From contig OY787458.1 of NCBI GenBank assembly GCA_963678915.1, forward strand, positions 4,393,231-4,457,230: a stretch of DNA of 64,000 nt, written 5' to 3'. How positions within the stretch are numbered: position 1 is the first letter of the stretch; each line of letters begins with the position of its first letter. The translations under genes were made by a program, and so were the position numbers. This document shows, piece after piece, positions 40,301-49,021 of the stretch. This DNA comes from Prolixibacteraceae bacterium (GTDB taxonomy: Bacteria; Bacteroidota; Bacteroidia; Bacteroidales; Prolixibacteraceae). The notes beneath the pieces were generated by a model. It made no database searches, was not told the origin of the DNA, and worked only from the letters and a program-made list of their open reading frames with translations.

Positions 40301-42337
40301 TTCCTGATTGGGGTTTAAGCTGACTAATCCATCCAGATCGAATTTCGCGTTTTCATCGTTTCCGCTTATTTTTCCTTCGAATTGTTTGCCCGAAACTATT
40401 CCATCCAGCTTCAGGTCGTGATATGTGTATTGATTCAGGTCAAGTTCAGAAGCATCAGCTTTGATTTTTGCCTGGATCGTTTTCATATCCAATCCTTTTC
40501 CGTTAGCTTCCGCGATCAAAGTTACCGGGCCATATAGCACGGTATCTTTCATGAAACGACCTACATCCAACTTGCTCAGGCTTATTTTGCTGCTGAAATT
40601 TTCATTTGGATCAACGGATGCAACCAGATCGACATCTCCAAAACTGCTGACCATGTTTGCCGTTGATTCAAAGGACTTCTTTTTGCCTTTAAAAGTAATC
40701 AGCATATTGATGTTTTCGGGAATATCTATGCTGTCCGGAAGATAGGTGCCGACCAGCATAACCATATCTTTTTTTCCTGAAATGATGCTCAGGTTGGGGA
40801 AATCGTAATAAGCAGTTTCGTAATCAGGCAATCCTTTGATGACAAAATCGGATTTCAGGATCGTATTGCTCCCGGTTTTTATATCCAGATTTTTACCGAT
40901 CAGATTATTCATTGGTCCGTTCACATTTCCTGAAGCAGTGGTTACATTCAGGCTATTCCCGAAGAACGGTTGTGCCGCGAGTTCGGGTCTGAAATAAAGA
41001 ACATCAGAGTTTTTGAAGTTCATATTTCGCAGGTCTAAATTCAGGGTATTGAATTGCATCGAATCCAGCAAAGTGGTCAGTGACGGATATTGGATGTTGA
41101 AATCGGCATCGAGGGTAGAGTAGATGGCGCTGGCTTTCAGTTTATTGGTGGTAATGGAATGTTCATCCATTTTTAAATCGCCCTCAATGTGAGTGATTTC
41201 AAAGTTGTTTTGATCGGTTGCACTAAAGTTTTTGACTGAAGCTTTGGTCAGATCGGATGAATACTGAAAGTCGGTTGCTTCAAGATTTAATTGGCTGTAT
41301 GTTTGATTATCCGGATCAAACAAGCCTTTCAATTCAGGCTGATTCCCGATTTGGAAAGTAAAAGTGTTATCCGTCGTTTGAACGCTGTTCACGGTAACTT
41401 TCCAGTTGTTTTTTGAGGATGTAATCGCAGCGTCTAAAGGTATTTCAGTCGTGAAGTCGTGATATCGGATTTTGCTTTTCGACAGGTTTAAATCATTGGA
41501 AGACAACAGCTGGATTTGCATATCGAGATAAGCATCTTTCAGCCGGCTACGATCGATAACCGCAGAGACTGACCGATAACCAACAGAATCAGTATAATTG
41601 ATTGTGGAATTACGTAGTTCCAGATTTTTTGCCGAGATCTTTGGCGAAACGCTTCCGGATTGGTTTTTCGATGTGTTTGCAGATTTCGTTACCAAAACAT
41701 TACCCATCAGTCCATCAAGCAGCAATTCATCGATTCGGTAAACTGATTTTTGGAAATCAATACCATCCATGCTGAATTCCGAATTTTGGAGAGCCGCGGA
41801 AACATTCATTCCGGAGTATTCGTCGTTGTATGAAAACCTGACGTTCTCTAAAGATACATTGTCAAGGGTGAATGTCCATTTCGATTGTGCTGAAGAGTCT
41901 GCAACAACCCGACTGGTTGTATCGCTGAAGGCCGTCAACAGAAAATTGTAATTGAACTGCGGATCGGTTTTAGTGCTGTGAAGCTTAACAGTTGCGTTTT
42001 CCAGAGCAAGTGAACCGACGTTGATCTTATTGGATAATAAGCTGTAAAGTGCAATATTGATTTTTGCTTTTCCGGCGAAGAGTAAGGTGTCGTTGTTGAG
42101 GTCTTCCATATAAAGATCCTCGACGACAATGGATTTTGGGAATGAAATGCTGACATGTCTGATTTCGACTTTGGTGTGGGTTTTAGAACTGACCAGAGAT
42201 GTGACATAACCAACGATCTTGTTTTGAACGGCAGGAACTTGAATGACCAGAAAGACCAGTATAAAAAGAAGCGCACCGATGCCGACCATCCAGATGAAAG
42301 TCTTTAAAAACCTTTTAAAAACAGCGGGCACCTTCAT
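37349..42337 (-). CDS. tamB: Translocation and assembly module TamB (DUF490)
   Basis: 1662 aa, N-terminal TM anchor, beta-taco repeats, C-terminal KQLFNERLSVQLGG...VEYKLTPDGRFR. Confidence 0.9.
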   Translation of the reverse strand: MKVPAVFKRFLKTFIWMVGIGALLFILVFLVIQVPAVQNKIVGYVTSLVSSKTHTKVEIRHVSISFPKSIVVEDLYMEDLNNDTLLFAGKAKINIALYSLLSNKINVGSLALENATVKLHSTKTDPQFNYNFLLTAFSDTTSRVVADSSAQSKWTFTLDNVSLENVRFSYNDEYSGMNVSAALQNSEFSMDGIDFQKSVYRIDELLLDGLMGNVLVTKSANTSKNQSGSVSPKISAKNLELRNSTINYTDSVGYRSVSAVIDRSRLKDAYLDMQIQLLSSNDLNLSKSKIRYHDFTTEIPLDAAITSSKNNWKVTVNSVQTTDNTFTFQIGNQPELKGLFDPDNQTYSQLNLEATDFQYSSDLTKASVKNFSATDQNNFEITHIEGDLKMDEHSITTNKLKASAIYSTLDADFNIQYPSLTTLLDSMQFNTLNLDLRNMNFKNSDVLYFRPELAAQPFFGNSLNVTTASGNVNGPMNNLIGKNLDIKTGSNTILKSDFVIKGLPDYETAYYDFPNLSIISGKKDMVMLVGTYLPDSIDIPENINMLITFKGKKKSFESTANMVSSFGDVDLVASVDPNENFSSKISLSKLDVGRFMKDTVLYGPVTLIAEANGKGLDMKTIQAKIKADASELDLNQYTYHDLKLDGIVSGKQFEGKISGNDENAKFDLDGLVSLNPNQERYKFKLNMLGADLQKLRLTKEDVRIAFVVAADLKGGSVNQMNGTVGITNITIVHQGKRYQLDSFLTASVNLPNKTELSVNSALIDIKYAGTASPAALPALLNQFVNHYFPVSGSNQAVRKNAASNFNFEIQLHNHPILSEVLFPQLTEFEPGIITGSFDSEKNDLKLNATINKIVYGSTEIKDFAIHVNSDQSALNYQISSREISNSQVNLDNFLLEGKLADNKIAANISSTDGKNKKLLIRSLITKVNGNYKLAFDPKEFYLMNNSWNIAVDNFIEFGKPGLKIHHLFMNHAGSQINIASVNDKFNDDLNIAIKNFRLDDISRIIEKDTSLVKGNLDGNLLLKRVNNAYGLIADAKISNLYVHEVPIGNVTLKASHPSNEKFNIDLNLSGTDNNLTASGYYIPNGGENSISIKTVIQSLSMKTVEAFSMGQIREAAGMLTGNILVEGNTGAPTISGELVFNNAFLKPAFLNNRLELKHETIQFKNDGIYFKTFTVLDSKQNAAILDGSVQMKQFSDFSFDLQANTKDFLLFNTTAKNNKEFFGRMVIDSKLNVSGPLKLPVVNGKVKMKKGSNFTFSVPEDRLSTDKGEDVVEFEDRVQLNPILTNAIKKGNQNSGIMGFELASIIEIDKQATLRLLIDPASTDSLVVRGEAALSFTMDRSGKMSLTGAYNLNEGSYLVSLESIIKKKFDIDEGSTIIWNGDPLDAEISINARYSVRASPYDLVADQMSGLSDIDKGGYKQRYPFLVMLKLRGKLLNPEISFEIQLAPEDKGILGGAVNQKLSMLNEDPSALNKQVFALLVLNRFIQENPFETETGGTSTIIRSTVSKFLSSQINRLSNKVLPGIDLNFDIQSYDDYQTGQAKGRTQVEIGVKKQLFNERLSVQLGGSVDVEGDRARQNSASDITGDVTVEYKLTPDGRFRMKGFRHNQYEGAIEGQLVETGAGIVFVRDFNRWKRLFHPYKRKEKPAKLPESGQLKGTIKK

Positions 42338-42419
42338 CGTTTTATTTATTCGTTCAAGAGTTGTTAAGACACAATAGAAACAAAAACTATGTGATCTATA
42401 TGTCTATGTGGTTTTCATC

Positions 42420-42971
42420 CTATTTGTTTCCCTCTGGATGGCTCGTTTCTATTAGTCCTGCTTGTTTCTTCATTCGCTCCAGCACATTGTATGCGGCTGG
42501 TGAAATGCTTTCAGGAACAGAACCCAACTCAAGCGACGTCCGGAGTATATCCAGCAAATCGTTGTACCCTTCCACTTTTTGTTTCCGCAGGATATGATGG
42601 GCTCCATGTTGCAACGATACCGATTTCGATCCGTGGTCGACCAACGCCCGCAACAGTACAGGCCATGCTGCTTTCCTGAATTTCTCCAGGGTTTTGGCTG
42701 CCAGCCAGGCCACGTCGCTTTCCGGATCTTCCAGCGCTTTAACCAATGTGGATATCGATTTCAGATCGCCAATTTCGTTGAGTGCTTTGGCGGCTTCCCA
42801 ACGGGCTTTGTATATTTTAGAATTTTCCAGTACCGGCAACAAGTACGGAACTGCTTGTTTTCCTATGGTTACTAAGGATTTTCTGGCCCTGGTGCGTACC
42901 TTTTCATCTTCACTTTCCAAGAGATTGACTAATGATTGCGTGCTTATTCGCGTTTGTTTTTGTTCGTACAT
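42420..42971 (-). CDS. HEAT-repeat protein
   Basis: ARWEAAKALNEIGD, LVKALEDPESDVAWLAAKTL. Confidence 0.8.
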   Translation of the reverse strand: MYEQKQTRISTQSLVNLLESEDEKVRTRARKSLVTIGKQAVPYLLPVLENSKIYKARWEAAKALNEIGDLKSISTLVKALEDPESDVAWLAAKTLEKFRKAAWPVLLRALVDHGSKSVSLQHGAHHILRKQKVEGYNDLLDILRTSLELGSVPESISPAAYNVLERMKKQAGLIETSHPEGNK

Positions 42972-43000
42972 CGATTCGGCTTTTTATCTGTAATGTTCTC

Positions 43001-43069
43001 TAAATGTGCGATAAATGAAATCAATTTGTATTATACAATTCCCGATTTTGTTTGCATAATTCACACATT
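43001..43069 (-). promoter_or_regulatory. Island motif copy 5 + -7-like element (upstream of HEAT gene/tamBA)
   Basis: aatgtgtgaattatgcaaa-N11-attgtataat-N21-cacattta. Confidence 0.7.
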
Positions 43070-43108
43070 TAGATTTTGCCTGAAATTCAGATCTTTGGTT
43101 GCAAATGA

Positions 43109-46100
43109 TCACTTGATTTCGAAACCGACTCCGGAATTCAATTTGATTTGACCGAATGTATCGAGCTTAAAAACCAGCCGAATCCGGTCGTTGAATGATC
43201 CGGCAACGGAACTAATGTTTCCGGAGACTACCAGAGGAATATAAATCTCGAAGAAGTTCCACAATCCTGCCTTCAGGCCAGCTTCGAAAAAGACCGGCGA
43301 ATTGTATCCGGTTCCCATTCCATGATCGTTTAACAGCACATTGACAAAGGGTTTTATGGGAATTCGACTGATTTTTCCGGGTAAGTTGCTGGTGAAAGAC
43401 AATGAAACAAGCCAATTGCTGTATCCAAGCTGTCCGTTAACCGGCGATACCAAACCTCCTTCTGAAAAACTCATTTGCCTTGACCAGAAAGTGTTTGGAA
43501 AAACGCTGAACCGATCGGGAAAAGTGCCTTCGTAAAGGTATTGCTCCGATCCGCCTCGTCCACTGGCTGAGAGTGAATAAAATGGAACGGTCGGATCATT
43601 TTTGAGCATGGTTCCGGCAAACAAGCGGATATCCAGGCCTTTTTTCTTTCCGTAATAACTTATCCGGTAATTGAATTCAACCGATGTTTTCAGGAACGAA
43701 TTACCTGATTCGGAAGAAACCAGCAGGTTGAATGGATTTATATTGCCGGGCTTTTCCAACTCGTATCCAACCTGAAGGAAATTACGCATCGCAGCTTTCT
43801 CCTGATGGATAATCCGGAGAAGATTAGACGCCGCAATGAAGTTCGCATAAGCACTCTGTATTAAGGAGTTATTTTGCTGGCTCGACCTGAAAAAGATATC
43901 CAGTCCCGCTTTTATTTTGTGATAGTTCTGATTACCCGGAGCTCCAAATTGGGTTCCTTCCAGCGAAATTTTAGCCTTTCTGATCAGTTTGTCATAAGGG
44001 GTGATGTTGTATGAAATTCTCCCGAATCCGGCCAGTTCGGAATTGCGAAACGCATAAAAAGGCATGACAAAATATTCCAACGGTTTCGGTGTAAGAAATC
44101 CGTTGTGGACAACTACTCCAGCCATAAAACCATTTTCGCGCGTCCAGTTAATTGCCGGAACATACATGAGGTATCTTTTCTCCGGATCTTCCAGCGAAAA
44201 ATAAAGCTGGGTAGCCAAAGGGTCGGCTTTGCGAAAGATTCCACTAGTACGGATGTTATTATTCAACCTGAATATTTCAGGGGTAACATGCCGGAGATCG
44301 ATTTTAAGTTCAGAATAATTACCAGATGGAATATCAATCCATTGTTGTCCTTCAAAACCATCGATCCATTTTTCAAAGCAAATTGAATCGCCAGTCATTC
44401 CTGAGATAACCAGGGGTGAAATTAGTTCGCCATTGTTTCTGACGAGCACTTTCTGATTTGCGAAGCCCACTACTTTATAATTCATTTGCTTGGTCGTCGC
44501 AATGAAATCACCAAAGAACCAACTTAATTTTTTACTTGTATTAAGTTCTAATATCCGTTGAAGGTCATTTGGTTGTGGATGTCTGAATTTCCACAACCGG
44601 TAGTAGTCGTGCATGGCCGAATCATAAACCGAATCGCCCAAATAAGCACGCAGGTAATTGAACCCTGTTCCGGCTTTGTTGTAAATCATCAGGCTATAAT
44701 TCAACGTATTGTAGTCGTCAGCGTGAAGATTAATGGGCTGTTCGAGGTTATCGCGAGCCTGTGAAAGCCATTCGAGTTCGCGCATCAGCTTAACCGGCAT
44801 TTGGTCGATGTGAAAGAACTTGGCCAGTTTCAGGTTCCGGACATTGGTTTCCCAAAGCTTTTTATCCGGATATCGTTCGTGCATATACCGCACCTCGTTG
44901 GTGCTGGTAATGCCTTCGTCCATAAATGGGTAGCGACGCTCATTCGACCCCAGTGCACTGTAAAACCAACTGTGTGCAATCTCGTGTGCAATTACTTCGT
45001 CAAGCCCATAGGCATCCTTTGCCAATCCGATAACCGTAATCCCGGGGTATTCCATTCCATCGCCGGCGCTTAAAGCACTTTGAACTGCCGTAAAACTTTG
45101 ATAAGGATAATCGCCATTCCATTTCGAAAAATACCAGATCGCATGATTCGCATAGGGTATAGCATCTTTCCAAAGTTCGGCCTGCTTATTGGTAAACATC
45201 ACCCAGGTAGTCACTTCCCGGCCTGATTCGGGCAGTTTCACATTTCCTTTTAGCACATGAAACCGTTTGTCGGCAAACCAGGCGAAATCGTGGATTTGGT
45301 TTTCGGTATATCGGAGCGTTTTCATCTGCGCAGATGAAGGCGGAAAGCTATCTTTTTCAGAATCCAGGTTGGCTGTCCATGTGGTGTCGGCAGCAAGCCG
45401 GTCGAGCATTTGGGCCTCTTCTGTATTTTGCAGGTTTCCAGTGGCTCCAACGATGTAATTTGATGGGAGTGTTATGCTTACATCAAAGTCTCCAAATTCG
45501 GAATAAAATTCACCCTGATCCTGATTCGACATCGGGTGCCAGCCCGATTGGTCGTAAACCGCCGGTTTGGGATACCACTGCGAAATCTGGTACGATTCGC
45601 CGATGTGTCCCAATCGGGAAGTTATTCCCTTGGGAATTTTGACATGAAAAGGTGTGGTTATGGTAATGGATTTGCCGGGTAGGAGCGACCCGTTCAATAT
45701 AATTTGGCAAATATCGGACTGTTTGGATAATAAGCTCCATTTAACCAGCTGTTTATCAACTTCAAAGCGTAACGAGTCTATATATCCTCTCAGCTCCGGG
45801 TCGTCGAACAGCTTTTGCTTTCCTTTAATGCTGAACAGCTGCTTAGCCAATTCGGTGTGGTTGTTGGAGTAGCCGTTAGGCCAAAGATGAAAATACAGCG
45901 ATTGAAGTGTATCAGGAGAGTTGTTTGTGTATTCAATAGTTTCGAAGGCATTTAATTCATGAAGCTTGTTGTTAAGTGTGACATTAATCTGGTAATTAAC
46001 CTCTTGCTGAAAATATCCCTGGGCAGAGATTTCCGGAAAAGACATGAATGGCAGGAGGCAGATGAAAAGCACCCGATATATCAATGTTTTGTGGAGATAA

Positions 46101-46180
46101 ACTTTACAATTAATTACACATGAGTATTTTGTTTGCATGTTGGGTAGTGAAAATATTTGAACTCGCCAGTCCAGATTCAC
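43109..46180 (-). CDS. M1-family metallo-aminopeptidase with C-terminal extension
   Basis: GMEYPG, HEIAHSWF...DEG (HExxH-18-E); start codon uncertain. Confidence 0.85.
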   Translation of the reverse strand: MNLDWRVQIFSLPNMQTKYSCVINCKVYLHKTLIYRVLFICLLPFMSFPEISAQGYFQQEVNYQINVTLNNKLHELNAFETIEYTNNSPDTLQSLYFHLWPNGYSNNHTELAKQLFSIKGKQKLFDDPELRGYIDSLRFEVDKQLVKWSLLSKQSDICQIILNGSLLPGKSITITTPFHVKIPKGITSRLGHIGESYQISQWYPKPAVYDQSGWHPMSNQDQGEFYSEFGDFDVSITLPSNYIVGATGNLQNTEEAQMLDRLAADTTWTANLDSEKDSFPPSSAQMKTLRYTENQIHDFAWFADKRFHVLKGNVKLPESGREVTTWVMFTNKQAELWKDAIPYANHAIWYFSKWNGDYPYQSFTAVQSALSAGDGMEYPGITVIGLAKDAYGLDEVIAHEIAHSWFYSALGSNERRYPFMDEGITSTNEVRYMHERYPDKKLWETNVRNLKLAKFFHIDQMPVKLMRELEWLSQARDNLEQPINLHADDYNTLNYSLMIYNKAGTGFNYLRAYLGDSVYDSAMHDYYRLWKFRHPQPNDLQRILELNTSKKLSWFFGDFIATTKQMNYKVVGFANQKVLVRNNGELISPLVISGMTGDSICFEKWIDGFEGQQWIDIPSGNYSELKIDLRHVTPEIFRLNNNIRTSGIFRKADPLATQLYFSLEDPEKRYLMYVPAINWTRENGFMAGVVVHNGFLTPKPLEYFVMPFYAFRNSELAGFGRISYNITPYDKLIRKAKISLEGTQFGAPGNQNYHKIKAGLDIFFRSSQQNNSLIQSAYANFIAASNLLRIIHQEKAAMRNFLQVGYELEKPGNINPFNLLVSSESGNSFLKTSVEFNYRISYYGKKKGLDIRLFAGTMLKNDPTVPFYSLSASGRGGSEQYLYEGTFPDRFSVFPNTFWSRQMSFSEGGLVSPVNGQLGYSNWLVSLSFTSNLPGKISRIPIKPFVNVLLNDHGMGTGYNSPVFFEAGLKAGLWNFFEIYIPLVVSGNISSVAGSFNDRIRLVFKLDTFGQIKLNSGVGFEIK

Positions 46181-46340
46181 CAGTTTATCTTAATTTGCGC
46201 CAGTGTTTAAATAAATATGCAATGCTTTTGGCATCGCATATTTTCAAAAAAGTGTAATACCGAATATCTATCCTGAATGAATATCTATGCCATTAAATTC
46301 TGCATGAATATTATCCCCGGTAAAATCTTGGGAAAAATGA

Positions 46341-46658
46341 TCAGATTAAAAGGATGATAATAATAATCAATAGAAGTGTTCCACCACCAATGTAAATAAC
46401 CTCTCCGCTTTTGCGTACATTTTCTTTAATCCCTTTTAGTTCTTTTCTTAGTTCACGCTTTTCGGTAACCGTCATCTCCGACTTATCCATTTTGCGAATT
46501 TCTTCAACCCGATTAGTTAAACGGCTTACTTCTTCGGCCGATAATTTATTCTCTGTTGCGGCTGGAGTAATTGATTTCGAATCAGATTTACCTGCAAATG
46601 CTGTTGATGCACCCAATGAGAAAATCATTAATAGTGCAATAAAAATTGTCTTTTTCAT
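46341..46658 (-). CDS. Small secreted/membrane-anchored hypothetical protein
   Basis: Signal peptide MKKTIFIALL..., charged helix, C-terminal TM IYIGGGTLLLIIIIILLI; ORF track starts at 46682. Confidence 0.7.
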   Translation of the reverse strand: MKKTIFIALLMIFSLGASTAFAGKSDSKSITPAATENKLSAEEVSRLTNRVEEIRKMDKSEMTVTEKRELRKELKGIKENVRKSGEVIYIGGGTLLLIIIIILLI

Positions 46659-46687
46659 TTTGTGATTTTTAAATTTATACATGTAAT

Positions 46688-46756
46688 TAAAAGTAATGAT
46701 TAATGCCTGGTAACTAGTTACATAATTCTGTAAATAAGTTACATGATTAACACATT
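46688..46756 (-). promoter_or_regulatory. Island motif copy 6 + -7-like element
   Basis: aatgtgttaatcatgtaac-N11-attatgtaac-N21-tactttta. Confidence 0.75.
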
Positions 46757-46803
46757 TTGACGAAGATTTGAGTTCTTCAGTATTAAGTAGAACGGATTAA
46801 TCT

Positions 46804-47289
46804 TTAGCTTTTTTTGTTTTTTGTTGGAATGATAAAGAGCGGTATTGGTGTGCTATTGAGCACATCCTTAGCAACACTTCCCATCGTAATATTTTCAAGC
46901 CATTTTTGGCTGTGCGAGCCCAAAACAATCAGATCTGCATGGGTCTCTTTTGCCGTTTTCAAGATTGAATCAGAAATATCACCGTCAGCTACAATTGTTT
47001 CTATTGTTTCATCGCCCAGATGAAGTTTCGCTTTTTCAAGAAAATGCAGAGAGGCTGTTTTAAAATTCTCAAGAGTAGGCTGAAATTTATCTATATCCAC
47101 AAAGCCGCCATATCCCATTATCGGAGAAAAATTGACCGAAGTATAATATGTTGGATCGGCGATTACATGCAACAACATTATTTCGGCTTTCATTACCTTG
47201 GCAAGCGAATATCCTTCTTCGGCTACTTTTTGTGCCGTTGGATTGTAATCCAATGCAATAAGTACTTTTTTAAATTGTGTTGTTTTCAT
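46804..47289 (-). CDS. Universal stress protein (UspA family)
   Basis: VLIALDY, LLHVI, ADLIVLGSH...MGSVAKDVL; start moved to MKTTQF at 47289. Confidence 0.9.
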   Translation of the reverse strand: MKTTQFKKVLIALDYNPTAQKVAEEGYSLAKVMKAEIMLLHVIADPTYYTSVNFSPIMGYGGFVDIDKFQPTLENFKTASLHFLEKAKLHLGDETIETIVADGDISDSILKTAKETHADLIVLGSHSQKWLENITMGSVAKDVLNSTPIPLFIIPTKNKKS

Positions 47290-47362
47290 AGTTATGGCCT
47301 TTAAAACAAATAAAGTTTTCATGAATAGGATTGGAAACCAGGCCATAAAGCTATAATTGTTG

Positions 47363-47710
47363 CTATTCGCTCTGATCTTCTTCCAGATCGTTATGGTCAT
47401 CTCCACCTAAACTGTAATAGTTGTTTTCTTCGTCTTCACTTCCAATATTTTCCTGAATGTCATCCAGCTCAGATCCAGGAACATCTAAATTGCTGAAATA
47501 CTCAGGGTTGCTTAATTTTTTTTGTTTATTAGGGTCGACGATATTCACTTCGACAGGCGCTTTTTTCGCCGAAGTGTCTTCCGGATCAATGTCTTTTTCT
47601 TCCGTGTATTGATTGTAAATATCATCGCAAGCAGAATATTCAGGATATCCAGGCAGAATATTTTCAGCCGTGCTGTTTCCCTGATTTGTATTGCTGCTCT
47701 TGTCTTTCAT
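47363..47710 (-). CDS. Small acidic hypothetical protein
   Basis: LPGYPEY...DIY and LDVPGSELDDIQENIGSEDEENNYYSLGGD; typical of Bacteroidetes stress islands. Confidence 0.65.
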   Translation of the reverse strand: MKDKSSNTNQGNSTAENILPGYPEYSACDDIYNQYTEEKDIDPEDTSAKKAPVEVNIVDPNKQKKLSNPEYFSNLDVPGSELDDIQENIGSEDEENNYYSLGGDDHNDLEEDQSE

Positions 47711-47731
47711 TTATAATAAATCTTGAAAGAA

Positions 47732-47800
47732 CTAAGTTAAGCACTTGAATAAGGGAAACTGTTACACAACTTTTGGAAAGAGTTACATGATTCACACATT
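47732..47800 (-). promoter_or_regulatory. Island motif copy 7 + -7-like element; overlaps the AraC-1 stop codon
   Basis: aatgtgTGAatcatgtaac-N11-gttgtgtaac-N21-taacttag. Confidence 0.8.
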
Positions 47801-48352
47801 CTCGAGTGAAGTACGTCGGTTAAGCTTGAGACGTTTGTAGGTAGAAGGTGTTAACCCGGTCAATTTTTTGAATTGGTTCGACAGATGAGCGGTGCTGCTG
47901 AAATGTAATGTGTAGGCAATCTCGCTAATGTTCATTTCATCGTAAAGCAGCAATTCTTTCACTTTTTCAATTCGGTGAGTGAGTAGAAAATGTTCGATGC
48001 TTATACCCTGATTTTCTGAAAAAATGTTGGCCAGGTAAGTATAGTCGTACTTTAGTTTTTCGCTTAAATAAACGGAGAAGTTAATTTTTATTTGTTTTTC
48101 GGTATAGTGTACCAGTTCAATGATTGTATTTTTTATTTGCTCGATCAGGATGCTGTTATGGTCGCTGATAATTGAAAGACCTGATTTTAAAAGTTCATCA
48201 TTTAGTTGGGTTAGTTGCTCAGGTGATGGGGTTTCCATAATCTCCACTTCGCCCAAAGCCACCAAAATGTAATGGAGCTCAAGCTTTTCAATCTCTGATT
48301 TTACGAGCATTTTGCAGCGATCACTTACCATATTTTTGATGTGGAGTTTCAT
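47792..48352 (-). CDS. AraC-family regulator 1 with N-terminal HMA-like domain (MVSDRC)
   Basis: MKLHIKNMVSDRC N-terminus; YLANIFS, ISEIAYTLHFSSTAHLSNQFKKLTGLTPS double HTH; ORF track starts at 48361. Confidence 0.9.
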   Translation of the reverse strand: MKLHIKNMVSDRCKMLVKSEIEKLELHYILVALGEVEIMETPSPEQLTQLNDELLKSGLSIISDHNSILIEQIKNTIIELVHYTEKQIKINFSVYLSEKLKYDYTYLANIFSENQGISIEHFLLTHRIEKVKELLLYDEMNISEIAYTLHFSSTAHLSNQFKKLTGLTPSTYKRLKLNRRTSLENV

Positions 48353-48471
48353 ACTGCCCAAAATTTGGAATTAGTTATATTCTTATTTTGCTAAAAGTCC
48401 TATCGAATATTAAATATACTGATTTTCAATAACTAAATTGGTAGATCCTAATAATTAAAGACTCATCGCTT

Positions 48472-49017
48472 TTAAAAGTTCGAAATATCGATTACCGACA
48501 AAAGGCATTTCTGATCATCATCGGTAACAATACCTTCCATATAAACATGACAAAGTGGTTTATTGTCGTACCCCAACTTTACCTTACACGATTCTTTGCC
48601 GGGGACGGCATACACTTTCCTGAAAAATTCATTAAAAACAGTCCGCGATTCTTCAGAAACGAACAATTTAAAATTGCTGTTGATCAGGCTGAAACGCTTT
48701 CCGCCCAATAAATCAGCGCCGGTAAAATTCAACTCGCAAATACTTCCGTTGCTATCAAGTGTAAAATAGCCCATAGGAGCCAGATCGTATAACATGGTGT
48801 ATTTTCGAAGGGCTGTTTCTGCTGTTTCATAGGCTTTCCTTAATTCTTCGTTTTGCATTTCCAACTCAATTTGATGAACCTGTAATTCGTGCAGAAGTCT
48901 TGCTTCATCTCCCTTCAAATACGAAGGTGTCGCTTTTTTTTGTTCCGCCAGCAAAAGTTTTTCTTCGGCTTTTTGGCGTAACAATTGAGCATCAGTTAAA
49001 TCATTTTCGTCGTACAT
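48472..49017 (-). CDS. Stand-alone coiled-coil + PAS protein
   Basis: LHELQVHQIELEMQNEELR coiled coil, then YDLAPMGYFTLD...NFTGADLLG PAS; ends without a kinase domain. Confidence 0.8.
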   Translation of the reverse strand: MYDENDLTDAQLLRQKAEEKLLLAEQKKATPSYLKGDEARLLHELQVHQIELEMQNEELRKAYETAETALRKYTMLYDLAPMGYFTLDSNGSICELNFTGADLLGGKRFSLINSNFKLFVSEESRTVFNEFFRKVYAVPGKESCKVKLGYDNKPLCHVYMEGIVTDDDQKCLLSVIDISNF

Positions 49018-49021
49018 GGCT

